A DNA stretch of 64,000 nt from Mycobacteriales bacterium. GTDB lineage: Bacteria > Actinomycetota > Actinomycetes > Mycobacteriales > SCTD01. Where the stretch lies: assembly GCA_030447385.1 (NCBI GenBank), contig JAUJOY010000006.1, positions 77,405 to 141,404 of the forward strand, given 5' to 3'. Made by a program: the position numbers and the translations under genes. Of this stretch, positions 1 to 8,100 are shown one piece after another. Each line of letters opens with the position of its first letter. Position 1 is the stretch's first letter. The notes below the pieces were generated by a model, which was not told the DNA's origin, made no database searches, and saw nothing but the letters and a program-made list of their open reading frames with translations.

Positions 1-182
1 ATCGTCGGAAGGCCCTGTGCCAGCTCGATGGGGTCGACGTCGGCGAGGCGCAGGCAGCCGACGAAGCCGGCGACGGCGATCAGGGAGAGGAGCCATCGGG
101 ACACCCGGGTCCGCAGCGGCTGCGCAGGGCGCGGCGGGACGGGGACGAGCCCCACCCCGCTGCGCTCCTGCAGGTCGGTCAT
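1..182 (-). CDS. Phosphonate/phosphite-type ABC transporter permease (PhnE-like), N-terminal part, truncated by window edge
   Basis: Not in the ORF track. ATG at 182 overlaps the TGA of the binding-protein gene (ATGA). Reads MTDLQERSGVGLVPVPPRPAQPLRTRVSRWLLSLIAVAGFVGCLRLADVDPIELAQGLPT, a hydrophobic helix like a PhnE N-terminus. Confidence 0.6.
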   Translation of the reverse strand, partial: MTDLQERSGVGLVPVPPRPAQPLRTRVSRWLLSLIAVAGFVGCLRLADVDPIELAQGLPT

Positions 183-1093
183 CGCCCGATCTTCCCCAGG
201 GACCTGGCGGCTTCGATGATGAGCGCGTAGGTGTCCGCGGTGGCCGGCACGAAGCCGGTGTAGCGCTTGGGCAGCAGGCCGTTGGCCTTGCCGTCGTGCT
301 CGACCGCGAGCACCGCGGCGGTCAGGTCCTGCTTCAGGTCCGGGTCGAGGTCCTTGCGGACCGCGATCGCGTCGTTGGGCAGGTCCGGCGAGGTCCACAC
401 GATCTTGCTCTGCTCAGCCTTGATCGTGCCGGCGTCGATCATGGCGTTGCGGTTGCGGTCGAAGTCGGTGGCGAGGTCGACCTTGTTGTTGGCCACCGCG
501 GTCTCCTGCGCCGGGTGGGCGGCGCCCTCGCTGTAGTCGAAGTAGGTCTTCGGGTCGATGCCCTGCTGCTGAAGCAGGTAGGTCGGGATCAGCCAGCCCG
601 ACGTCGAAGCGGTCTCGGCGAACGACATCCGCAGGCCCTTGGCGTCGCGCGGGTAGTCGACCACCTTGGTGTCGGCAGGGGCCACGACGATCGAGTGGTA
701 GACGGGCTTGCCGTCGTACTCGACCGTGGCGATTGCCTCCGCGCCACCCTTGTCGGCGGCCAGCACGTAGCCGAACGGCCCCATCCAGGCCAGGTCGGTC
801 TTGCCGCTGGCCAGGGACACCGCGAGGCCGGCGTAGTCGCTGCTGACCTCGAGCTCGTAGTCCGCGCCGACCTTCTCGGCGATGGCCCGGAAGAACGGCT
901 CGTAGGCGGTACGGGTGTCCGCCGGGCTCGGCAGGAACGGCCCCACGGCGAAGCGGAGCGTCTCGCGCGGCGTGCTCTGCCCGGCCGCCCCCACGGCGGG
1001 GTCCTGGCCGCTGCCGCAGCCGCTCAGCGCGAACCCCGCGACAGCTGCGAGGGACAAAAAGGTACGGCGGGAGTGCGTGCGCGACATCGACAT
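179..1093 (-). CDS. phnD: Phosphate/phosphite/phosphonate ABC transporter substrate-binding lipoprotein (PhnD/PtxB family), Tat signal
   Basis: SRRTFL twin-arginine motif plus LSGC lipobox; family segments DLAWMGPFGY, ETASTSGWLIP, SPDLPNDAIAVRKDL. Confidence 0.85.
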   Translation of the reverse strand: MSMSRTHSRRTFLSLAAVAGFALSGCGSGQDPAVGAAGQSTPRETLRFAVGPFLPSPADTRTAYEPFFRAIAEKVGADYELEVSSDYAGLAVSLASGKTDLAWMGPFGYVLAADKGGAEAIATVEYDGKPVYHSIVVAPADTKVVDYPRDAKGLRMSFAETASTSGWLIPTYLLQQQGIDPKTYFDYSEGAAHPAQETAVANNKVDLATDFDRNRNAMIDAGTIKAEQSKIVWTSPDLPNDAIAVRKDLDPDLKQDLTAAVLAVEHDGKANGLLPKRYTGFVPATADTYALIIEAARSLGKIGR

Positions 1094-1114
1094 CCGATCG
1101 GGAGAGGAGAGCGC

Positions 1115-2809
1115 TCAGACAGCGCAGTTGTAGACGAGCGGCAGGGAGCCGTCCGCCCGGCGAAGGGTGAGGAAGCGCTCGACCGCGAGCCGCTTGCCCT
1201 CGGCCAGGGACACCGGGCTGTCCGGAGAGGGATGCGCGGCCAGCAGCATGTCCGGGCTGGTCTCCACGTCGGCTCCCGCGGGGTGCCAGTGCACCCCGTC
1301 GGCGGTGTAGGCCAGCTCGGGAACCGTGTTGCCCTCTCCGATCTCCGCCCCGGAGGTGGAGAACCCGCGTTGCACCAGGGGCCGCACCGCGAAGTCCTTG
1401 CCGACGATGCCCATCTGCGTGAGCAGCTCGCGCAGCGGCTCGACCTCGCGGGCGTTCTGCGGCGTCTCGGTCATGCCGACGCGCACCGGAAGCCCCATCT
1501 CCACGGCCAGCTTCAGCCCGTCCATCGCCTTCTGCCACGAGCCCCGCCCGCGGTTCTCGTCGTGCCGCGGAGGCGACGCCGCGTCGATGGAGGTCTGCAG
1601 CACGAGCCGGTCCCGGCCGGCGAGGCGCTGCAGCTGCTCGAGCCGCCAGCCCTGGTAGAGCATCCCGTTGGTGAGGAGGACGACGTCGAGGCGCTCGGTC
1701 GCGTACAGCACCATCTCGACGATGTCGGGCTCGAGGAAGGGCTCACCGCCGGTCAGGTAGATCTCGGAGAACCCCTCCATGACGGCCTCGTCGACGAGGG
1801 ACTTGACCCGCCCGAGGCCGAGGGAGCGCTTCCGGGCCTGCGGGCTGCTGGCGACCGAGCAGTAGGAGCAGGCGAGGTTGCAGTGGAAGTTGGTGTAGAG
1901 CCACAGCCGCGGCGGAAACATCGGCGAGCCGAACAGCGGCACCACCGGCAGCCCGTCGTCGACCACCTCCGGCGCGTCGGCCCACGAGACCGCCTCCTGC
2001 TCGAAGCCCGAGGGCAGGGCCGACCGGTAGAGCTGGTAGCGGCCCTTGCTGCGCTCGTACGGCGGGACGATCTCCAGGCAGGTCGTCCACCAGCCGGTCT
2101 CGACGGTCTCCACGAAGGCCTCGGGGAGGCCACCGGCGCGCATGGACGCGGCCTGCGCCTCCCAGTCGTAGGCGAGCGGGACCAGCTCGGCGCCGACGCT
2201 GCCCGCGTCGAGGTCGACCAGCGCGTACCAGACCTCGCGGCGGCCGTCGTTGGCCGGCCGGCCGAGCACGCCGACGTTGACGACCAGGCTGTCGCCCACC
2301 TGCTTCTGCCAGGGCAGTCCCGAGTGCGTGCACAGGATGAGGTCCGCGCCCGACTCCTGGACCCGCAGCGCGTGCTGCTCGTCCGACAGCGACTCCCACC
2401 AGAAGTCGTTCAGGGCGAGCGTCGACCCGTGGACCATGTGCACGTCGACGCCGTCGAGGCAGAACCGGCGCTCGGTCGGCAGGGTCGTCATCCACTGCGC
2501 GTAGTCGCGGCCCGTGTGGGCGAGCGTGTAGTCGTACATCAACTGGGCGAACTCGTTGTCGCGCGGGTCGGAGTAGCCGCAGCCGCAGTCGGTGTCCCCC
2601 CGGCCGACCGCGACGTCGTAGTTGCCGGCCACGACGGTCACGTCGGCGTCGGTCAACAGCGGCCAGACCGCGTCCGGCTCAGCGCCGTAACCCCCGAGAT
2701 CTCCGAGACAGTAGAGCTTCTCAGCTCCACGGGCCCTCGCGTCGTCCAGGAAGGCCTGCAGCGCGTAGGGGTTGGAGTAGACGCCTCCACACACCGCGAT
2801 GCGGGTCAT
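1115..2809 (-). CDS. Metallophosphoesterase-like domain fused to a radical SAM domain
   Basis: N-terminal half has LGDLGGYG, GNYD, HGS, THSG and NVG motifs. C-terminal half has CNLACSYC (CxxxCxxC), TGGEP and LLTNG. ATG at 2809 is preceded by GGAG. Confidence 0.85.
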   Translation of the reverse strand: MTRIAVCGGVYSNPYALQAFLDDARARGAEKLYCLGDLGGYGAEPDAVWPLLTDADVTVVAGNYDVAVGRGDTDCGCGYSDPRDNEFAQLMYDYTLAHTGRDYAQWMTTLPTERRFCLDGVDVHMVHGSTLALNDFWWESLSDEQHALRVQESGADLILCTHSGLPWQKQVGDSLVVNVGVLGRPANDGRREVWYALVDLDAGSVGAELVPLAYDWEAQAASMRAGGLPEAFVETVETGWWTTCLEIVPPYERSKGRYQLYRSALPSGFEQEAVSWADAPEVVDDGLPVVPLFGSPMFPPRLWLYTNFHCNLACSYCSVASSPQARKRSLGLGRVKSLVDEAVMEGFSEIYLTGGEPFLEPDIVEMVLYATERLDVVLLTNGMLYQGWRLEQLQRLAGRDRLVLQTSIDAASPPRHDENRGRGSWQKAMDGLKLAVEMGLPVRVGMTETPQNAREVEPLRELLTQMGIVGKDFAVRPLVQRGFSTSGAEIGEGNTVPELAYTADGVHWHPAGADVETSPDMLLAAHPSPDSPVSLAEGKRLAVERFLTLRRADGSLPLVYNCAV

Positions 2810-2876
2810 GATCTCCACAGCCGGGTCATGCAGCACGCCCTCCAGGATCAACGGTGGTGCATGACCCTAGCGCGGG

Positions 2877-4283
2877 TCAGGCCTCCAGGCGGCTCACCAC
2901 GTGCTTGACCCGGGTGTAGTCACGCAGCGAGTACGACGACAGGTCGCTGCCGAACCCGGACGAGGCGTAGCCGCCGTGCGGCATCTCGGTGGCGAGCACC
3001 GAGTGGCAGTTGATCCACACGGCGCCGAAGCCGAGCGTGCGGGCGGCGCGCATCGCGCGGCCGTGGTCGGTCGTCCAGACGCTCGCCGCGAGGCCGTACG
3101 TCGTGTCGTTGGCGACCGCGAGCGCCTCCGCCTCGTCCACGACCCGCTGGAGGGTGATCACCGGGCCGAAGACCTCGTCGGTGGCGAGCTCGTCGCCGCT
3201 CCGAACCCCGCTGACGACAGTGGGCGGGTAGTAGAAGCCCTCTCGCGCCATCGGGCTCCCCCCGGTGAGCACGGCGGTGTGGGCCCCGCGCCGGTCGACC
3301 ATGCCGGCGACCCTGGCGAGCTGGTCGGGGTTGTTGAGCGCCCCGAAGTAGCCGTCGGGGCCTACCGGCATCGCCGCGGCCCCCGCGGCGAGGCGGGCGG
3401 CGAGCTCGTCGTGGATGCCGGGTGTGGCGAGCACCTTGCTCGCGGCCGTGCACGACTGCCCGGCGTTGTAGAAGCCGATGTCCAGCAGCCCCTGCACCGT
3501 CTGCTCGAGGTCGGCGTCGTCGAACACCAGCACCGGCGCCTTGCCGCCGAGCTCGAGGTGCAGGCGCTTCACCGTCGGCGCGGCGGCGGCCATGACGGCG
3601 CGACCCGCGCGCACGGATCCGGTCAGGGCCACCAGCGCCGGGACGGGATGCGCCACCATCGCCTGCCCGGTCTCGCGGCCGCCGCAGACGACGTTGAGCA
3701 CCCCGGCCGGCAGCACCCGCGCGGCGAGCTCGGCCAGCATCAGCGGGGTGACCGGTGTCGTCTCGGCGGACTTGAGGACCACCGTGTTTCCGGCGGCCAC
3801 GGCGGGTGCCCACTTCCAGGTGGCCATCATCAGCGGGTAGTTCCACGGCGTGATCTGGGCGATCACCCCGAGCGGCTCGCGGCGCAGCACCGAGGTGTGG
3901 CCGACCGCGTACTCGCCGGCGGCGAGGCCCTCGGGGACTCGCGCAGCGCCTGCGCTGAAACGCACCACGTCGACGATGTGCGGGATCTCCGCGAGCATCG
4001 CGGCCCGCGGCTTGCCGGTGTTGCGGCACTCCGCGTCGACGAGCCCCTCCGCCTCCTGCTCGATCAGGTCGGCAAGGCGCAGCAGCAGGCGCGACCGCAC
4101 GGCCGGCGTGTGCTCCCGCCAGGTGTGGAAGGCCTCGGCCGCACTGGCGAACGCCGCATCGAGGTCGGCGGGTCCGGCGATGGCTGCGTCCTCGTACGCC
4201 AGACCCGTTGCCGGGTCGACGATCGGTGTCGTCGCGTCGGACAGCGGGGGCCGCGCGGATCCCCCGTAGAAGTGCGTCAGCAT
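2877..4283 (-). CDS. NAD-dependent aldehyde dehydrogenase (gamma-aminobutyraldehyde dehydrogenase-like)
   Basis: PWNYP, LELGGKAP, NAGQSC (catalytic Cys) and EVFGPV motifs. Start uncertain (4283 or 4334). Confidence 0.9.
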   Translation of the reverse strand: MLTHFYGGSARPPLSDATTPIVDPATGLAYEDAAIAGPADLDAAFASAAEAFHTWREHTPAVRSRLLLRLADLIEQEAEGLVDAECRNTGKPRAAMLAEIPHIVDVVRFSAGAARVPEGLAAGEYAVGHTSVLRREPLGVIAQITPWNYPLMMATWKWAPAVAAGNTVVLKSAETTPVTPLMLAELAARVLPAGVLNVVCGGRETGQAMVAHPVPALVALTGSVRAGRAVMAAAAPTVKRLHLELGGKAPVLVFDDADLEQTVQGLLDIGFYNAGQSCTAASKVLATPGIHDELAARLAAGAAAMPVGPDGYFGALNNPDQLARVAGMVDRRGAHTAVLTGGSPMAREGFYYPPTVVSGVRSGDELATDEVFGPVITLQRVVDEAEALAVANDTTYGLAASVWTTDHGRAMRAARTLGFGAVWINCHSVLATEMPHGGYASSGFGSDLSSYSLRDYTRVKHVVSRLEA

Positions 4284-4363
4284 CGGGTCGACAGTAGGCA
4301 ACGAGCGGTGCCGGCGCTCGAGGCCGAGTGTCATCAGGCGCCTGGTCCGCCGGCGACGGAGCC

Positions 4364-5830
4364 TCAGAAGGGCGGTTCGTCGTCCGCGGTCGGCGGCGGC
4401 AGCGCGCGCTCGCCGTGCGGGTCGGCCTCGGGCTCGGCCGCGGGCTTGGCGGGCCGCAGGTCGGTGGCGAGGAGGGGTCGTGGTGCCTGTCCCACGGGTG
4501 GTGGTCGTCGTGGTGGGGGTTCGGCGTCCGGGTCGACCCGTGGTGGTGGGGCGTGCGGGCTGGGTCGGGTGTAGGTCCGCCCGAGGGGCTGGTCCAGGTG
4601 GTGCTGCCGTCAAGGTGGCGCACGAGGGCCCAGTCGGTGTGCTTGGCGGCGTGGCAGCGCGCGGAGAGCAGCCCGAGGTTCCACGCGGCGGTCGGGCCTT
4701 CTGGCCAGGGGATCAGGTGGTCGCGGTGGGTGCGGGTCGAGCCGCACCCGGGTGCGGCGCAGCGCACGTCCCGCAGGTCGACCAGGCGGGCGAGGGCGGC
4801 GGACGGGTCGTGCTGCGGCTCCGCCCGGTCGGTGATCACCTCGGGCCGGTTCATCCTGAGGATCTGCTCCCGCAACCCGGATCGGGTCGGGACTGGCAGG
4901 TTCTGGACGGTCCTGCACGTGCAACGGCCGGCCGGTCTCCTCGTCGATGAGCACCCGGCGCAGCAGGGTGGGGCGCAGCAACCGGACGTGCTCAGCGGTG
5001 AGCGGACCGTAGCGGTCCATCATGCCGGGTTCGCGGGACAGCTCCAGCACGGTGCTCATCGGCACGAGCACGTTGAGCACCACCTGCGGGCGCACCTCGA
5101 CACTGGAACCTGCCACCCAACCCGGGACCGCGCCGTCTTGGGCGGCGAGGACCATCGCCGGGAGGGCGGCGAACAGGTCCGCCCGGCGCTGCTGCGCGGT
5201 GCGCTCCACCCCCGCCTGCCGGTCGCAGATGCGCTCCTTCTTCTCCAGGGTGTCCAGACCGGAGCTCCAGCTGGCCAGCTGCTCCGCGGTCAGCACCGCC
5301 CCGGCCAGTCCCAGCCCGTCCGGCTCTGGGCGGTGAGACGTGTGCCGCCCGGCGGCGGCATCGGCGTGGCGTTGCTCCGCCGCTGCTGGACTGTCCTGCT
5401 CGGCCTCGATCCGCAGCAGCGTGCGGGACACCAGCCGGCGCAGATCCGCCGGGCACAGCAGTGCCCCGTCGGGGAGCACCTCCGCCTCGACCTTCGCCGC
5501 GCGATCTCCTGCGGAGCGTGGGAGGTGACGTGCAGCAGCACCGCGGCCTGCGCAGTCAGCAGCTCCCCGCGCTCGAGCATCCCCAACGTCACCGGCAACG
5601 CCGCATACCGCTCGGCCTCATCCAGCCAACGGGACGCGGTCAGCTGGCCGACCCGCAACGACCCGGCGACCTCCAACGGCAAGAACCGCCGGGTGCCGTC
5701 CGTCCCGCTCAACGCGGCCAGGCGCACCACCGCCCGGATCCGCGAGCCCAGCTGCCGGGCGTCCGCCCGAAGGCTGTCCAGCCAGCCGTCCAGCAACGGC
5801 GTTCGACTCCGCCTCCGACGTGCTGGACAT
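4364..5830 (-). pseudogene. DUF222 (REP13E12-like)-HNH endonuclease element, frameshifted
   Basis: Pieces lie in different frames (5290-5796, 4610-5479, from 4875). HNH segment RCAAPGC...DHLIPWPEGPTAAWNLGLLSARCH; the C-terminus ends EPPF-stop at 4364. Confidence 0.8.
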
Positions 5831-5837
5831 GAGGTAA

Positions 5838-5853
5838 TCGTACATGTGTTCGA
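5838..5853 (-). promoter_or_regulatory. LexA (SOS)-like box inside a putative leaderless sigma70 promoter of the DUF222-HNH element
   Basis: Minus strand TCGAAC-ACAT-GTACGA, one mismatch to actinobacterial TCGAAC-N4-GTTCGA. TAGACA(5865-5860)-N17-TACGAT(5842-5837), then 6 nt to ATG 5830. Confidence 0.7.
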
Positions 5854-5878
5854 ACGCCCTGTCTATCGGAATCGACTT

Positions 5879-5914
5879 CTCCACAGCCTCTTTCGCCGGA
5901 ACGAGGCTGTGGAG
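5879..5914. repeat. Perfect 12-bp inverted repeat
   Basis: CTCCACAGCCTC-N12-GAGGCTGTGGAG. Confidence 0.85.
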
Positions 5915-5919
5915 CGGCC

Positions 5920-6135
5920 GGCGTGGGCAGCGGCTGGAGCTGGGTCGGGTTCGGGCTGAGGCCGGGGGGTCGGGCTGAGGCAGGGGCTGGGACTGGGCAG
6001 GGGTCGGGCTGAGGCAGGGGCTCGAGCTGGGGCGGGCGCTCGGCCTGCGGCCCGGGCTCGGCCTGCGGCCGGGGCTGAAGCGGGGACTGGCTGGGGCTCA
6101 GGGAAAGGAACGCTCCCCACCACCCTCCACCCCGA
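5920..6135. repeat. Low-complexity G-rich degenerate repeats
   Basis: Recurring GGGTCGGGCTGAGGC and GGCCTGCGGCC units. Confidence 0.6.
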
Positions 6136-6139
6136 GCCC

Positions 6140-7750
6140 TCAGCCCGACAGCCGCGTCCGCAACACGGCCTTGTCGGTCTTGCCCACCGCGTTCCGCGGC
6201 AGCTCGTCCACCAGCTCGACCACCTTGGGCGCGGCGTAGTCCGCCATCTGCTCGCGCACCCAGGCGCGGATCTCCGGGGCGCTCACCGCAGTGGCAGCCA
6301 CCACGAAGGCCGCCACCGCCTCCCCGGCAAGAGGATCCGGGACGCCCACCACCGCCGCGTCCTCCACGGCCGGATGCCGGCGCAGCAGCTCCTCCACCTC
6401 GGCCGAGAAGATCTTCGTGCCGCCCCGGTTGATCATGTCCTTGGTCCGGTCGAGGATCGTGACGTAGCCCTCGGCGTCCATCCGAGCGACATCCCCGGTG
6501 TCGAACCAGCCGTCGACGATGGCGGCCGCCGTCGCCGCCGGATCGAAGGCGTAGCCGGTGGTCACGAGCGAGCCGCGCAGCCACAGCGAGCCGGGCTCGC
6601 CGGCCGCCAGAACCTCGCCCGCCTCACACCGGACCTGCGCCTCCATGCAGTCCAGCGTCCGGCCGACGCTGCCCGCCCGCTCCCGCAGGTCGGAGTCGGT
6701 CGCGATGCAGCCGGGCGAGTGGGTCTCCGACAACCCGTACACGTCGTGCAGCCGGGCGTGCGGCAGTCGCTCGCGCAGGCCGGCGACCAGGTCCTCGGGA
6801 AACGGGGCGCCGCCGGCAGCCACCCGGGTGAGCGCCGGCAGCGACGACAGGTCCGGCACCCGCAGGCACAGCCGCCACCACGACGGCACGGCGTACGCCC
6901 ACGACACCCGGTGCGCGCCCAGCACAGCGACGTACTCGCGCGGCGACGCGGTGTCCACGAGAACGCAGGAGGCGCCTGCCAGCATCGCCGGCAGCACATG
7001 CGCGTGCATCGCAGAGATGTAGTACATCGGGAACAGCACGGCGGTGACGTCGTCCGGCTCGAGCTGCAGGATGCGCTGGTAGCTCATGCCGGAGTGCACG
7101 GACGCCCGGTGCACCACCTGCGAGGCCTTGGGGCGGCCCGTGGTGCCGGAGGTGTAGACCACGGCGTACGTCGCGTCCTGCGCCGGCCGCTCGTCCTCGG
7201 CGAGGGCCCACGGCTGCTCCGGGGCCGCGTGCAGCACGTCGGCCAGCGGCTCCGCGGCTGCGGCGCCGGCGGAGCGCAGACCGGCGAGGTGGGCCGGGCC
7301 GCCGAGGGCGAGCGCCACGCGCGAGTGCTCCAGCATGTATGTCCACTGCGCCGGTGCGAGGCGGGTGTTGAGCCCGACCATCACCAGCCCCGCTCTGGCG
7401 CAGGCGAACACCGCGGTGGCCAGGTCGAGGGTGTTCCCGGACGCGACGGCCACGGCGGCGCCTGTCGGCAGGCTCCGCGCTCGGAGCGCCGCCGCCGCCC
7501 TCTCGACCCTGCCGGCGAACGTGCAGTAGCTCACCCGCGTGCCGTCGACGTCGATGAAGGCGGTCCGCTCGGGCCAGCGCCGGACCGCCCGGTCGAGCAC
7601 GTCGAGCACCGTCGCCGGCCGGCGGGCGTAGGAGCGGGCCGGCGCACCGAGCCAGGTCTCGACGACGACCGGGTCGCCCGGCCGGTCGTCGAGGTCGTGC
7701 TCCGGGACCGACGAGGGAGCCGCGACCGGCGAGGGATCCGAGCTCAGCAC
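6140..7750 (-). CDS. Class I adenylate-forming enzyme (acyl-CoA ligase / AMP-binding)
   Basis: YTSGTTGRPK P-loop, YGLSET, GWFDTGD, DRTKDMINRGG, and LPRNAVGK. GTG at 7750 with a GAGGAG RBS, overlapping the ArsR stop. Confidence 0.92.
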   Translation of the reverse strand: MLSSDPSPVAAPSSVPEHDLDDRPGDPVVVETWLGAPARSYARRPATVLDVLDRAVRRWPERTAFIDVDGTRVSYCTFAGRVERAAAALRARSLPTGAAVAVASGNTLDLATAVFACARAGLVMVGLNTRLAPAQWTYMLEHSRVALALGGPAHLAGLRSAGAAAAEPLADVLHAAPEQPWALAEDERPAQDATYAVVYTSGTTGRPKASQVVHRASVHSGMSYQRILQLEPDDVTAVLFPMYYISAMHAHVLPAMLAGASCVLVDTASPREYVAVLGAHRVSWAYAVPSWWRLCLRVPDLSSLPALTRVAAGGAPFPEDLVAGLRERLPHARLHDVYGLSETHSPGCIATDSDLRERAGSVGRTLDCMEAQVRCEAGEVLAAGEPGSLWLRGSLVTTGYAFDPAATAAAIVDGWFDTGDVARMDAEGYVTILDRTKDMINRGGTKIFSAEVEELLRRHPAVEDAAVVGVPDPLAGEAVAAFVVAATAVSAPEIRAWVREQMADYAAPKVVELVDELPRNAVGKTDKAVLRTRLSG

Positions 7751-8073
7751 GGCTCCTCGAACGACGTCACAGCCGCCCGGTCGGCCATCACCGCGAGGCG
7801 CTCGCTCAGCACCCGCAGCGTGTCGGACCGCACCCGGTAGACGCGCAGGTTGGAGCACACGGTGCTGTCCACCAGCAGGCTCTGGCGCAGCACCCGCAGG
7901 TGGTGCGACACCAGCGGCTGCGACATGCCGGTCTCCAGAACGAGGTCCCGCGTGCACATCTGCTGGGCGGTGAGCAGGCGCAGCAGCTGGATCCGCCGCG
8001 GCTCTGCGAGCGCCGCCAGAACCGTCGCGTTGTCCACCTCGGCCGAAGGCTCGCCGCTCACGTCCCGAGACAA
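7744..8073 (-). CDS. ArsR/SmtB family transcriptional regulator
   Basis: ALAEPRRIQLLRLL...SQPLVSHHLRVLR winged-HTH signature. True start may be slightly downstream. Confidence 0.88.
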   Translation of the reverse strand: MSRDVSGEPSAEVDNATVLAALAEPRRIQLLRLLTAQQMCTRDLVLETGMSQPLVSHHLRVLRQSLLVDSTVCSNLRVYRVRSDTLRVLSERLAVMADRAAVTSFEEPC

Positions 8074-8100
8074 CCACAGGGGCGCCCTAGTCTTCCCGGC

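Noticed and set aside
17-2908. 963-aa plus-strand ORF
   Set aside because: Antisense shadow of phnD and the MPE-rSAM gene; stop-poor frame typical of high-GC DNA, with no motifs.
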